Of a DNA stretch of 26,824 nt, positions 1 to 7,073 are shown piece by piece (the first letter of the stretch is position 1; the number at the start of each line of letters is the position of its first letter). The stretch lies in contig CAWVRN010000039.1 in the NCBI GenBank assembly GCA_963932905.1, positions 1 to 26,824 on the forward strand, in the 5' to 3' direction. The notes under the pieces were generated by a model. That model was not told where the DNA came from, made no database searches, and worked only from the letters and a program-made list of their open reading frames with translations. This DNA comes from an uncultured Bdellovibrio sp. (GTDB lineage: Bacteria; Bdellovibrionota; Bdellovibrionia; Bdellovibrionales; Bdellovibrionaceae). A program made the translations under genes and the position numbers.

Positions 1-26
1 CTTGATTTGACGATATTTTACTTGGC

Positions 27-53
27 CTTAGCCGCAGGCTAAGGGGCCAGTTC
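27..53 (-). repeat. 27-bp hairpin-containing repeat, copy 1 (GAACTGGCCCCTTAGCCTGCGGCTAAG on minus strand)
   Basis: Reverse complement of 27-53 matches 26648-26674 at 25/27 positions. It contains the stem CCTTAGCC-GCA-GGCTAAGG (26-44). Confidence 0.8.
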
Positions 54-90
54 AAAAACAGAATAGCCGGGGCACAAGGCACCCCGACTA
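54..90 (-). terminator. Intrinsic terminator of the 109..522 gene
   Basis: Minus strand reads TAGTCGGGGTGC-CTT-GTGCCCCGGCTA (stem with G-U pairs) followed by TTCTGTTTTT, 18 nt after the stop codon. Confidence 0.7.
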
Positions 91-108
91 AGATTAAGAT
101 AATTTAAA

Positions 109-522
109 TTAACGAACCACAGTACCTTTCGGTGCTTCTGGTGAAACGGAAGTTCCTGGTTCCTGCACTCCAGCAGGTTGCGACGGTAACATTTTAATAG
201 TTTGATCCGCGTTTACGCCTTCATTACTAATGGTATCCGTCTGTGGTGAAATCACTGTGCTGTCTGGCGAACTCATCATTGAGTTTGTCGGGGTAGAATC
301 CATCGCGGGCGCTTTATCCATGGCGGCTGGAGTTCTTTCCACAGGAGTTGTTACTGGCGCATTCACTTGATCCGCTGGAGTAACGACACTTTCCGTTTTA
401 TTTGTACTGAACGCAAAAATTAAGAGTACGGCTAACGCCGCAGCAATGGCCCAGTAAATCCATTTGTTGTATTCTTTTGGTGTCACATCGGGGGTTGTTT
501 GTCCCATTGTTGTAGTTGCCAT
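109..522 (-). CDS. Single-pass membrane protein with a P/T/S-rich disordered extracytoplasmic tail
   Basis: TM helix WIYWAIAAALAVLLIFAF, low-complexity C-terminus, SD-like AAGGA about 7 nt upstream of ATG, downstream terminator. Confidence 0.8.
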   Translation of the reverse strand: MATTTMGQTTPDVTPKEYNKWIYWAIAAALAVLLIFAFSTNKTESVVTPADQVNAPVTTPVERTPAAMDKAPAMDSTPTNSMMSSPDSTVISPQTDTISNEGVNADQTIKMLPSQPAGVQEPGTSVSPEAPKGTVVR

Positions 523-666
523 AGCACATCCTTTCGAGTTGTGGGTTATTAGGATTCACATGCAGATAGATTTGCAAGATTAGGGCTACTTGCTATATGG
601 CATGTATGACCTGTGTAGATTGATAGATTGCATTTCAGTGTAACCGAATATTTATAGATGCGATTG

Positions 667-716
667 AGTGGGTCAAATCTCAGCAGGTCGTGCACCGAGA
701 TGACCCACTTGTTTTT
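667..716 (+). terminator. Terminator-like hairpin in a divergent intergenic region
   Basis: AGTGGGTCA (667-675) pairs with TGACCCACT (701-709), with inner TCTC/GAGA and GCA/TGC pairs, followed by TGTTTTT. Confidence 0.45.
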
Positions 717-849
717 GGTAATAACTTCGTGCTTGTCAGATTTAAGAACATCCAGAAATGACTCAAACTGTTTTAGCACCAGGTAGAATGGGCATCGGGG
801 CTGCAATGGATTTACGCCTTAACCCCCAACTTGCCGAGGTAAAACATTT

Positions 850-1812
850 GTGACTTATAAAGGTTGGTCTATTTTCACTATTGCCATGATGATTATTCCA
901 TTGAGGTCTTATTCATTGGGATTCGCTGATATTGTGGATCAAACCGCTGTAGGTCCTATGCTAAAATATAAACCTAAGCACGAGTACACACCGGCATTAG
1001 GGATCGGTCAGCGTATCACTGGTTTAGAAATTAACGGCACTGGTTCGATGACTACGACGAATCGAAATAGTTATTTGATTGGATTAGATGTCGATGGCAG
1101 TAGTTCAACGATCAGTGTTCCATTCCGAGATCCTAAAAGTTCCACGGATAGCCGAGTCGATTCTAAGTTAATCTACGCCGGTGTTAGTTTAGTGATTAAT
1201 CCAAATATTCGTTTTGATGCGAACTATGATTATACGAAGGGATTCTTGATCGAGGACAGCACGCCAGATAGAAACCCGTTGTATACATTTCCTAAATTAA
1301 GCTACGAGAAAATCGATTTCTCGTTGAGCTATCTAACTAACCCAAAACATACATCGTTTTTGTTTTCGCCGATTTTATTCCGCCGTTCTGAAAGTTCAAC
1401 ATCATGGATTATTAGCGCGAATTTGACTCGTTACCATATTGCCAATATTGATTCGATTCAACAGTATGATCTATTTAGAAAAGATTCAGATTTAACATTC
1501 TCGTCTATTTACACATTCACCCCAGGGATTGCCTATAGTTCGAACTATTTCTACCAGCACTTCTTTATGGGCGGAGTTCTAGGTATAGCTTATGATTTTA
1601 ACTACCTTGAAAAAAATTATCAGAACAAGGTGACTGCGGGCGAACAACAAACGACGGCTTCAGCAATTATTAATTTAGCATGCGGTTACACATGGAATCA
1701 GCTGACAACGGGTGTTTATATTACATCTCGAAGTTGGTATGTGGATATCGATAAAAACCATATACAAAACAGTCACGGTAAGTCGGGTTGGTATTTTTCT
1801 TATATGTTCTAG
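850..1812 (+). CDS. Putative outer-membrane beta-barrel protein, DUF4421-like
   Basis: N-terminal signal-like segment, many amphipathic beta-strand patterns, FDANYDYTKGF segment resembling DUF4421 proteins, C-terminal aromatic beta-signal WYFSYMF. Start codon (GTG 850) uncertain. Confidence 0.6.
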   Translation: MTYKGWSIFTIAMMIIPLRSYSLGFADIVDQTAVGPMLKYKPKHEYTPALGIGQRITGLEINGTGSMTTTNRNSYLIGLDVDGSSSTISVPFRDPKSSTDSRVDSKLIYAGVSLVINPNIRFDANYDYTKGFLIEDSTPDRNPLYTFPKLSYEKIDFSLSYLTNPKHTSFLFSPILFRRSESSTSWIISANLTRYHIANIDSIQQYDLFRKDSDLTFSSIYTFTPGIAYSSNYFYQHFFMGGVLGIAYDFNYLEKNYQNKVTAGEQQTTASAIINLACGYTWNQLTTGVYITSRSWYVDIDKNHIQNSHGKSGWYFSYMF

Positions 1813-1876
1813 ATCTGGCTGAAAAAAATCACTGTAGGCGTGTTTTTGTTCAGCTCAGTAACTCCGCATTCTTCAG

Positions 1877-2422
1877 TCATGCGAGTTTGATTGTTTTAAT
1901 AAACAATTCGATGCGGTCTTTTAAATCGTCCGCAGTTAGCAGATTTAATTCTAGTGCAATTCCGTTATGAAACGACATGATCATACTAGCAACAGTTTCT
2001 GGATTGCTCTTTGTGTTGCCTTTTAAGTTTTTAACTAAGGCCTCTCTTAGGTTATCCATGTGGTTTGTTAATGCTTGTCGTGCGGGGGTTGGTAGAATTT
2101 TAGATTCGCGGATAGAATTTGTGGCAAAACAGCCTTTGTTGCCTTGGCAGGTTAGGGGGAGCATTAGGAACTTTTCGATGTTCGCCCAGCCTGGAGGCTC
2201 GGTGTTGAAGATGTCGCGAACATCTGTTCGTCCTAAATATTGTTTTAGGGCGCAGGCGTACAGATCATCTTTGTCTTTGAACTCAGAATACAGGCCTGAT
2301 TTGTTTACTCCCGTAATCTTTTCAAGGTCTTGGACGGACGTTTCCGCAAAACCCTTCTTCCAAAATAGGCTTAATGCTTTATCTAATACATCTTCACGTT
2401 CGAAGTTCTTTTTCCGGCCCAT
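1877..2422 (-). CDS. TetR/AcrR family transcriptional regulator
   Basis: N-terminal MGRKKNF...ALSLFWKKGFAETSVQDLEKITGVNKSGLYSEFKDK HTH. C-terminal GC motif (KGCFATN) as in NemR/ComR-like TetRs. Divergent from an SDR. Confidence 0.95.
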   Translation of the reverse strand: MGRKKNFEREDVLDKALSLFWKKGFAETSVQDLEKITGVNKSGLYSEFKDKDDLYACALKQYLGRTDVRDIFNTEPPGWANIEKFLMLPLTCQGNKGCFATNSIRESKILPTPARQALTNHMDNLREALVKNLKGNTKSNPETVASMIMSFHNGIALELNLLTADDLKDRIELFIKTIKLA

Positions 2423-2440
2423 AGGACGAGTGTACCATAA

Positions 2441-2460
2441 AAAACCGAACGGTTCAATAT
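2441..2460. promoter_or_regulatory. Secondary TetR operator (AAAC-CGAACG-GTTCAATA)
   Basis: Degenerate copy of the 2488-2513 palindrome, 18 nt upstream of the TetR start. Confidence 0.65.
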
Positions 2461-2487
2461 TTTATTTGCAAAACTTCAATAGTTTGC

Positions 2488-2513
2488 TATTTTGAACTGA
2501 ACGGTTCAAAATA
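2488..2513. promoter_or_regulatory. Primary TetR operator TATTTTGAAC-N6-GTTCAAAATA
   Basis: Perfect 10-bp inverted repeat directly upstream of the SDR ribosome-binding site (AAGGAG 2515-2520). Confidence 0.8.
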
Positions 2514-2527
2514 AAAGGAGAATCAAA

Positions 2528-3277
2528 ATGAGAAAAATCGAAAACAAAATCGCACTAGTGACGGGTGGTAATTCAGGAATTGGTTTAGCTACCGCTCAAC
2601 TCTTCAAGGAAGAGGGTGCTAAAGTGATTATAACGGCTCGCTCTAAGGCGACCTTTGAAAAAGCTCAAAAGGAACTGGGCGACCAATTTGACATTGTACA
2701 AACGGACGTAAGTCAGCTGACTGATCTAGATCGTTTGTATAACCATATTAAAACTAAGTACGGTAAGTTAGACATCCTGTTTGCAAATGCGGGGATCGCT
2801 AATTTCAGACCAACATCAGATGTAGATGCTGCTCACTTTGATGCTCAGTTTAATACGAATGTTAAGGGTTTGTATTTCACAGTTGCGAAAGCTCTTCCTC
2901 TTTTGAACGACGGTAGTTCTGTGATTTTAAATGCTTCTGTAGCAGCTCAAAAGGGTATTCCGGGTTCATCGGTGTACTCAGCGACTAAGGCAGCCGTGCG
3001 CAGCTTCGCTAGAAGTTGGACCGCTGAAATTCCGGCCAGCCGCGCGCGCTTTAATGTCTTGTCCCCAGGGCCTATCGAAACACCTATCTTTGACAAGATG
3101 GGAATGTCTACTGAACAGGTTGATGCGTTCTCTAGCGGAATCAAAGCCACGATTCCAGCGCGTCGCTTTGGGAAACCGCGTGAAATGGCCACCGTGGCCC
3201 TTTTTCTGGCAAGCTCTGATTCTAGCTTCCTACATGGCGCTGATATTTTAGCGGACGGCGGACTAGGACAGATCTAA
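2528..3277 (+). CDS. Short-chain dehydrogenase/reductase (classical SDR)
   Basis: TGGNSGIG Rossmann motif, ANAG, catalytic YSATK (YxxxK), SPGPIET, DGG. Strong SD. Confidence 0.95.
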   Translation: MRKIENKIALVTGGNSGIGLATAQLFKEEGAKVIITARSKATFEKAQKELGDQFDIVQTDVSQLTDLDRLYNHIKTKYGKLDILFANAGIANFRPTSDVDAAHFDAQFNTNVKGLYFTVAKALPLLNDGSSVILNASVAAQKGIPGSSVYSATKAAVRSFARSWTAEIPASRARFNVLSPGPIETPIFDKMGMSTEQVDAFSSGIKATIPARRFGKPREMATVALFLASSDSSFLHGADILADGGLGQI

Positions 3278-3332
3278 TTTTCTACAAGTCTCTTCGGGCG
3301 GCCCCTTACGCTCCTTCTGCCGCCTGTCTCTT

Positions 3333-3368
3333 GGCCCTTCATCGTCCGGTGAAGGGCCTTCTTTTTCT
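3333..3368 (+). terminator. Intrinsic terminator after the SDR
   Basis: GGCCCTTCA-N8-TGAAGGGCC perfect 9-bp stem followed by TTCTTTTTC. Confidence 0.8.
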
Positions 3369-3461
3369 TCAAAAAAACTCCACACCGGGCCTCGCAGATT
3401 GGATCGCTCGGTGAGCTGATTTTGAATACGCTACAGCTTTTAAAAATTCTTTTTGTAAAAT

Positions 3462-4604
3462 CTAGAGATCGAGTTTTCTAGATAACCACTGATCTAGGTC
3501 CTTAACTTGGTGAAAAAATAGGTCAGTTCCGGCCTGTATCAGTGGGTTTTTCGTTGCGTGCGGGTCCCATAACGCCGAGGCAGAAATGGCTCCAATGTTT
3601 TTAGCGCCATGCACATCGGAGGGACTATCACCGATGACGATGGCTTTGTTTTTTGCGACTTTTTTCCAGTCAAACTTCAGACTCTGGGCGTGGGGTTTTG
3701 AATCAACTTCGTTCGCAAAGCTTAGAGTGGTAAAGAAATGCTCGATGCTGTGTTCTTTTAAAATTTTTCGTGCCGAAAACTCATCACGTGCGGTCCATAA
3801 ATGTAGACGAGCATTTTTTTCATACAGGCGATGAAGCAGTTTCAAAATATCTTCGAATAATTCATACGAGAATTGCGAAGAAACTGTGCCCCAGGATTCT
3901 ATCGCTTTTTGTTTTCGCTTTGAACACACTACCCCAAAAGCTTCAAATAGTTTTGAAAACTCAGTGTGGAATTTGCTTTTTGATTCTTCATGTGAAATTT
4001 CGCGTTCCGTGGCGGCGCTAAAAACGATTCGGTTAATTTCGTATATATTTTCGCGGGACTGAATAATAGTTCCATCAAAATCAAAGATAATATCTGTTAA
4101 ATCTGCATTTTCGATTTCAATGACTCGATTCAGTGGTTGATGGTGAAATTTGACTTGCTTGGTTCCGATTTTTAAAATCAATTCAGGATTTAGAATTGGA
4201 TTGCCCGACACTTTAAAATCTAAATTAGGGTGTAGAGTCGAAAAACTTTCGAAACTTTCATTTAGAACAAATTCAGCGTGTTCGAAACCAGTGTCATAGT
4301 CAGTTCCTGGCTTTGGGTAAGGTAGCTCGACCAAATGTACCGTGTGGTTGTTTGTCGTGAACGGTTCGTTCATATCGAATGTGCAAATCGGGCGTCCATT
4401 TACTGGTGCTTCTGTTAGCAGGCGTCCGTTCGCAAGCAAAGCCGATTTATAAAATTCGTACTCACTGGGCGTGCAAACTCGAAAACAAAGATGATCACAG
4501 GGCATAGACAGCACGGGAAGCCCGTTCTTAACTAGGTCGGCAACTAATGCATTGAGAAAATTTTCGCCATCGATTTTGAATTGCATAAAATTGAAATTTA
4601 ACAT
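3462..4604 (-). CDS. Fusion of a YecM-like (VOC/glyoxalase fold) domain and a HAD-superfamily phosphatase
   Basis: N-half DHLCFRV, NGRPI, VELPYPK, GFEHAEFV, VKFHHQPL resemble YecM. C-half has HAD motifs DFDGT, WTAR, SKPH and GDSPSD. Confidence 0.85.
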   Translation of the reverse strand: MLNFNFMQFKIDGENFLNALVADLVKNGLPVLSMPCDHLCFRVCTPSEYEFYKSALLANGRLLTEAPVNGRPICTFDMNEPFTTNNHTVHLVELPYPKPGTDYDTGFEHAEFVLNESFESFSTLHPNLDFKVSGNPILNPELILKIGTKQVKFHHQPLNRVIEIENADLTDIIFDFDGTIIQSRENIYEINRIVFSAATEREISHEESKSKFHTEFSKLFEAFGVVCSKRKQKAIESWGTVSSQFSYELFEDILKLLHRLYEKNARLHLWTARDEFSARKILKEHSIEHFFTTLSFANEVDSKPHAQSLKFDWKKVAKNKAIVIGDSPSDVHGAKNIGAISASALWDPHATKNPLIQAGTDLFFHQVKDLDQWLSRKLDL

Positions 4605-4660
4605 GCGGTCTAACTATCATGATGAAGCGGAAATTGAAATTAGATTATTTTGACTTATTA

Positions 4661-4677
4661 AGTAAGATATTTTTACT
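4661..4677. promoter_or_regulatory. LysR-type T-N11-A box (AGTAA-N7-TTACT)
   Basis: Palindrome about 57 nt upstream of the YecM-HAD start, preceded by an AT-rich tract. Confidence 0.35.
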
Positions 4678-4769
4678 AGTGACATTAACTAGCCACCGTT
4701 ATTGGGGAAGACGTACATTATGACGTCGGTGACGGTAACATTTTGAAATGTGCGTGTGTCGCAGCTTGA

Positions 4770-5195
4770 TTATTCTTGCCCTTCAAGATCGATATAGGCT
4801 TTTAAAATATCTCGTCGAGCAATGATGCCGACGACGTGTTGGTTATCGTCCATCACCAAAAGTTGGCGAAGATTATTATCTAAAAACAAACGGAAAATAT
4901 CGACGAAATGAGTATCAGGTTTCACACTTAAAATTTCAGATTTTTTAGCCAGGCGATTTCTAGATTCATTTAACGTGACACCGGTTCCGTCCAAGGCACC
5001 GATTTGCATCAGGTCTAATTCACTGACTAGACTTACAAGTTGTCCCAAGTGATCAACAAGCGGGGCTCCGCTTAATTTGTAGACCATCAAAAATCGAATA
5101 GCATCGCGAACAGTCATCGTCAGCGTCATAATTTTTACTGGTGATGACATAATCTCGTGAGCTTGTTTATGTTTGACCGAAATCTTGTTTTTCAT
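4770..5195 (-). CDS. Stand-alone CBS-pair (Bateman) domain protein
   Basis: EIMSSPV, SGAPLVD...VSELDL, LLVMD...VVGIIARRDIL give two CBS motifs. Confidence 0.9.
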   Translation of the reverse strand: MKNKISVKHKQAHEIMSSPVKIMTLTMTVRDAIRFLMVYKLSGAPLVDHLGQLVSLVSELDLMQIGALDGTGVTLNESRNRLAKKSEILSVKPDTHFVDIFRLFLDNNLRQLLVMDDNQHVVGIIARRDILKAYIDLEGQE

Positions 5196-5349
5196 ACTGT
5201 ATTGTATTCAGTATACCGCTTACAGACACAAATACAAAAAGCTCTGTCTCGTTTTGAGAATGAGTATGTTGTTTATCAGTGCATTCGACTAGGAGAGAAG
5301 CTGTTCTGTGTAAATTCTCTATATGTTTTAAATAGTTACCACCTTCTTA

Positions 5350-5387
5350 AATATTCATTTGTGAGAATATTCCAATTAAGGTATATT
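5350..5387. promoter_or_regulatory. Tandem ArsR-type operators AATATTC-N8-G(A/T)ATATT
   Basis: AATATTC-atttgtga-GAATATT (5350-5371) and AATATTCC-aattaa-GGTATATT (5366-5387), offset by 16 bp, upstream of the ArsR gene. Confidence 0.65.
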
Positions 5388-5421
5388 GTATGTATAGTCG
5401 GGGGATACACTGGTTGTAGCG

Positions 5422-5832
5422 ATGAATATAGGCGATACACGGACATTAAGCGCATTAGGCGAACCTAATCGTATGGCGATTGTTGAATTGCTTCGTGAAG
5501 GCGAGTTAACGGTAGGCGAGATCGCAGGGCGATTGAAAATTCGTCAACCACAGGCTTCAAAGCATTTAAAAGTTTTGTCTGACAATGGAATTTTGGAAAT
5601 GAAAGCCGAGGCCAATCGCCGCATTTATAAATTGCGAGCGGAGCCATTTCAATCGCTAGAAACGTGGGTTAAATCGTTCGAAAAAATTATGGGCGAACGT
5701 TATGACAAATTAGATGATTATCTACAGGAAATTCAAAAAAATAGAAAAAGAAATCTAAAAAAGCTAAAAATAAATAAAAAAAAGGAGAGAAACAATGCCA
5801 AATCCAAATATGACTTCAAGAATAGAAAATGA
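5422..5832 (+). CDS. ArsR/SmtB family transcriptional regulator (SRPBCC-associated type)
   Basis: ALGEPNRMAIVELL, TVGEIA...QPQASKHLKVL winged HTH. Followed by an SRPBCC gene. Confidence 0.92.
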   Translation: MNIGDTRTLSALGEPNRMAIVELLREGELTVGEIAGRLKIRQPQASKHLKVLSDNGILEMKAEANRRIYKLRAEPFQSLETWVKSFEKIMGERYDKLDDYLQEIQKNRKRNLKKLKINKKKERNNAKSKYDFKNRK

Positions 5833-6310
5833 ACGTACGCTTGTTTTAGAAAGAATCTTCAACGCGCCTCCAGCCGTTGTTTTTCAGGCTTACACGAAAG
5901 CTGAACATTTAAAAAAATGGTGGGGACCTCGTGGCTGGGATGTCACACATTGTACGGTCGATTTCCGTCCAGGTGGTATTTGGCATTACTGCATGAAGTG
6001 TGTTGATAAAAACCAAGGTCAATATTTCGGTATGGAATCTTGGGGCAAAGCAATTTACAAAAGCATGTCAGCGCCGAAAAGTCTTTCATACACAGATTTC
6101 TTTTCTGATGCCGAAGGAAATTCTAATATGGAATTGCCCTCTACAGATGTAGAAGTCGAGTTCGTTGATGTGGATGGCAAAACTAAAATGATCACTCGCG
6201 GACAATATGCAACGAAAGAAGCTTTGAAAACTGTAATGGATATGGGAATGTTGGAAGGTATTTCGCAAACATGGGATCGCCTAGATGAACACTTGGTTAC
6301 GATGAAATAA
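5795..6310 (+). CDS. SRPBCC/AHSA1-like (START-fold) ligand-binding protein
   Basis: LVLERIFNAP..VFQAYT..EHLKKWWGP, DFRPGG.WHY, C-terminal helix GISQTWDRL. SD AAGGAG at 5782-5787. Confidence 0.92.
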   Translation: MPNPNMTSRIENERTLVLERIFNAPPAVVFQAYTKAEHLKKWWGPRGWDVTHCTVDFRPGGIWHYCMKCVDKNQGQYFGMESWGKAIYKSMSAPKSLSYTDFFSDAEGNSNMELPSTDVEVEFVDVDGKTKMITRGQYATKEALKTVMDMGMLEGISQTWDRLDEHLVTMK

Positions 6311-6487
6311 GGAACTATTGCATTTCTGGTTATTTCTCATGGACCACCAATTGCATTTCAAATTGAAATACTCTTTTGAGGGAGGAGAATTGGTGGAGCA
6401 TGCCGTGGTTACCCTCGTCGGTGCGTGTTGTAAGTTTAACAAATCAGTGGCGTTGCCAAACACCACAGGTTTAACCGAACGTTATCC

Positions 6488-7054
6488 TTAAGCATTTCCT
6501 GGTTTGTGACTTAGAATTATGAAATGACGGAATAGTCGCAGGGAAAATGGCATGTAGGCGGCCCATATAATGGCTACGATCGGATAGAAATCAGGTGCCA
6601 TAATATATACCTGAGTATCGAGTCCTCGATAGTAAGCCAAGGTACCGCCCGTAGCGCCCAGCATCGCCGATATCCAAATTGGAAAATCTAACATTTTTCT
6701 AAATACATCTCCGTAATAACCCAGGAACAATAACCATAAACACGAAATGTAAAGTGGCGGCCATTTGGTTCCAAAATCGATTTTTCCAAAATAAATCAAA
6801 ATAGAATCCTGAATAAAACCGGATACGTAGAAAAGCAGCATCACGGCTAGGTAATACTTAAACTGGATAAGTCTTCGTACGACAACGTAATTAATTAAAA
6901 GTATACCGACAGAAATCGCTGTCATAACAATTGGATCCATTGCAGGACCGTGTTTGACCATTAAGTTAAACAAAATTTGCATGACTATAATTTTACCTAC
7001 TAAAAACGGCCATGGTCGTTTTGGTAGCGATGACAGAGTTGCCTTTCTATCCAT
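6488..7054 (-). CDS. DUF2878-like multi-pass membrane protein
   Basis: About six hydrophobic helices with G..QDS.L...G...F, PPLYISCLWLLF and LGATGGTLAYY motifs. Start moved to ATG 7054 (MDRK) because the 7105 start overlaps the P450. Confidence 0.7.
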   Translation of the reverse strand: MDRKATLSSLPKRPWPFLVGKIIVMQILFNLMVKHGPAMDPIVMTAISVGILLINYVVVRRLIQFKYYLAVMLLFYVSGFIQDSILIYFGKIDFGTKWPPLYISCLWLLFLGYYGDVFRKMLDFPIWISAMLGATGGTLAYYRGLDTQVYIMAPDFYPIVAIIWAAYMPFSLRLFRHFIILSHKPGNA

Positions 7055-7073
7055 ATAAAAATATACTAAACCC

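Noticed and set aside
572..588. Sigma54-like element upstream of the 109..522 gene (TAGCCCTAATCTTGCA)
   Set aside because: The invariant -24 GG is AG, so it is too weak to call.
549..806. 85-aa minus-strand ORF
   Set aside because: Non-ATG start, no SD, no recognisable motif. It spans a divergent promoter region containing a hairpin.
1977..2495. 172-aa plus-strand ORF and the other 60-111 aa ORFs nested in or antisense to clear genes (e.g. 2947..3192, 3586..3834, 9070..9330, 16823..17032, 24724..25059, 26197..26538)
   Set aside because: Shadow frames of well-supported CDSs with no motifs or RBS.
5157..5468. 103-aa plus-strand ORF
   Set aside because: Overlaps both the CBS and ArsR starts and covers the operator region. 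Its composition looks non-coding.
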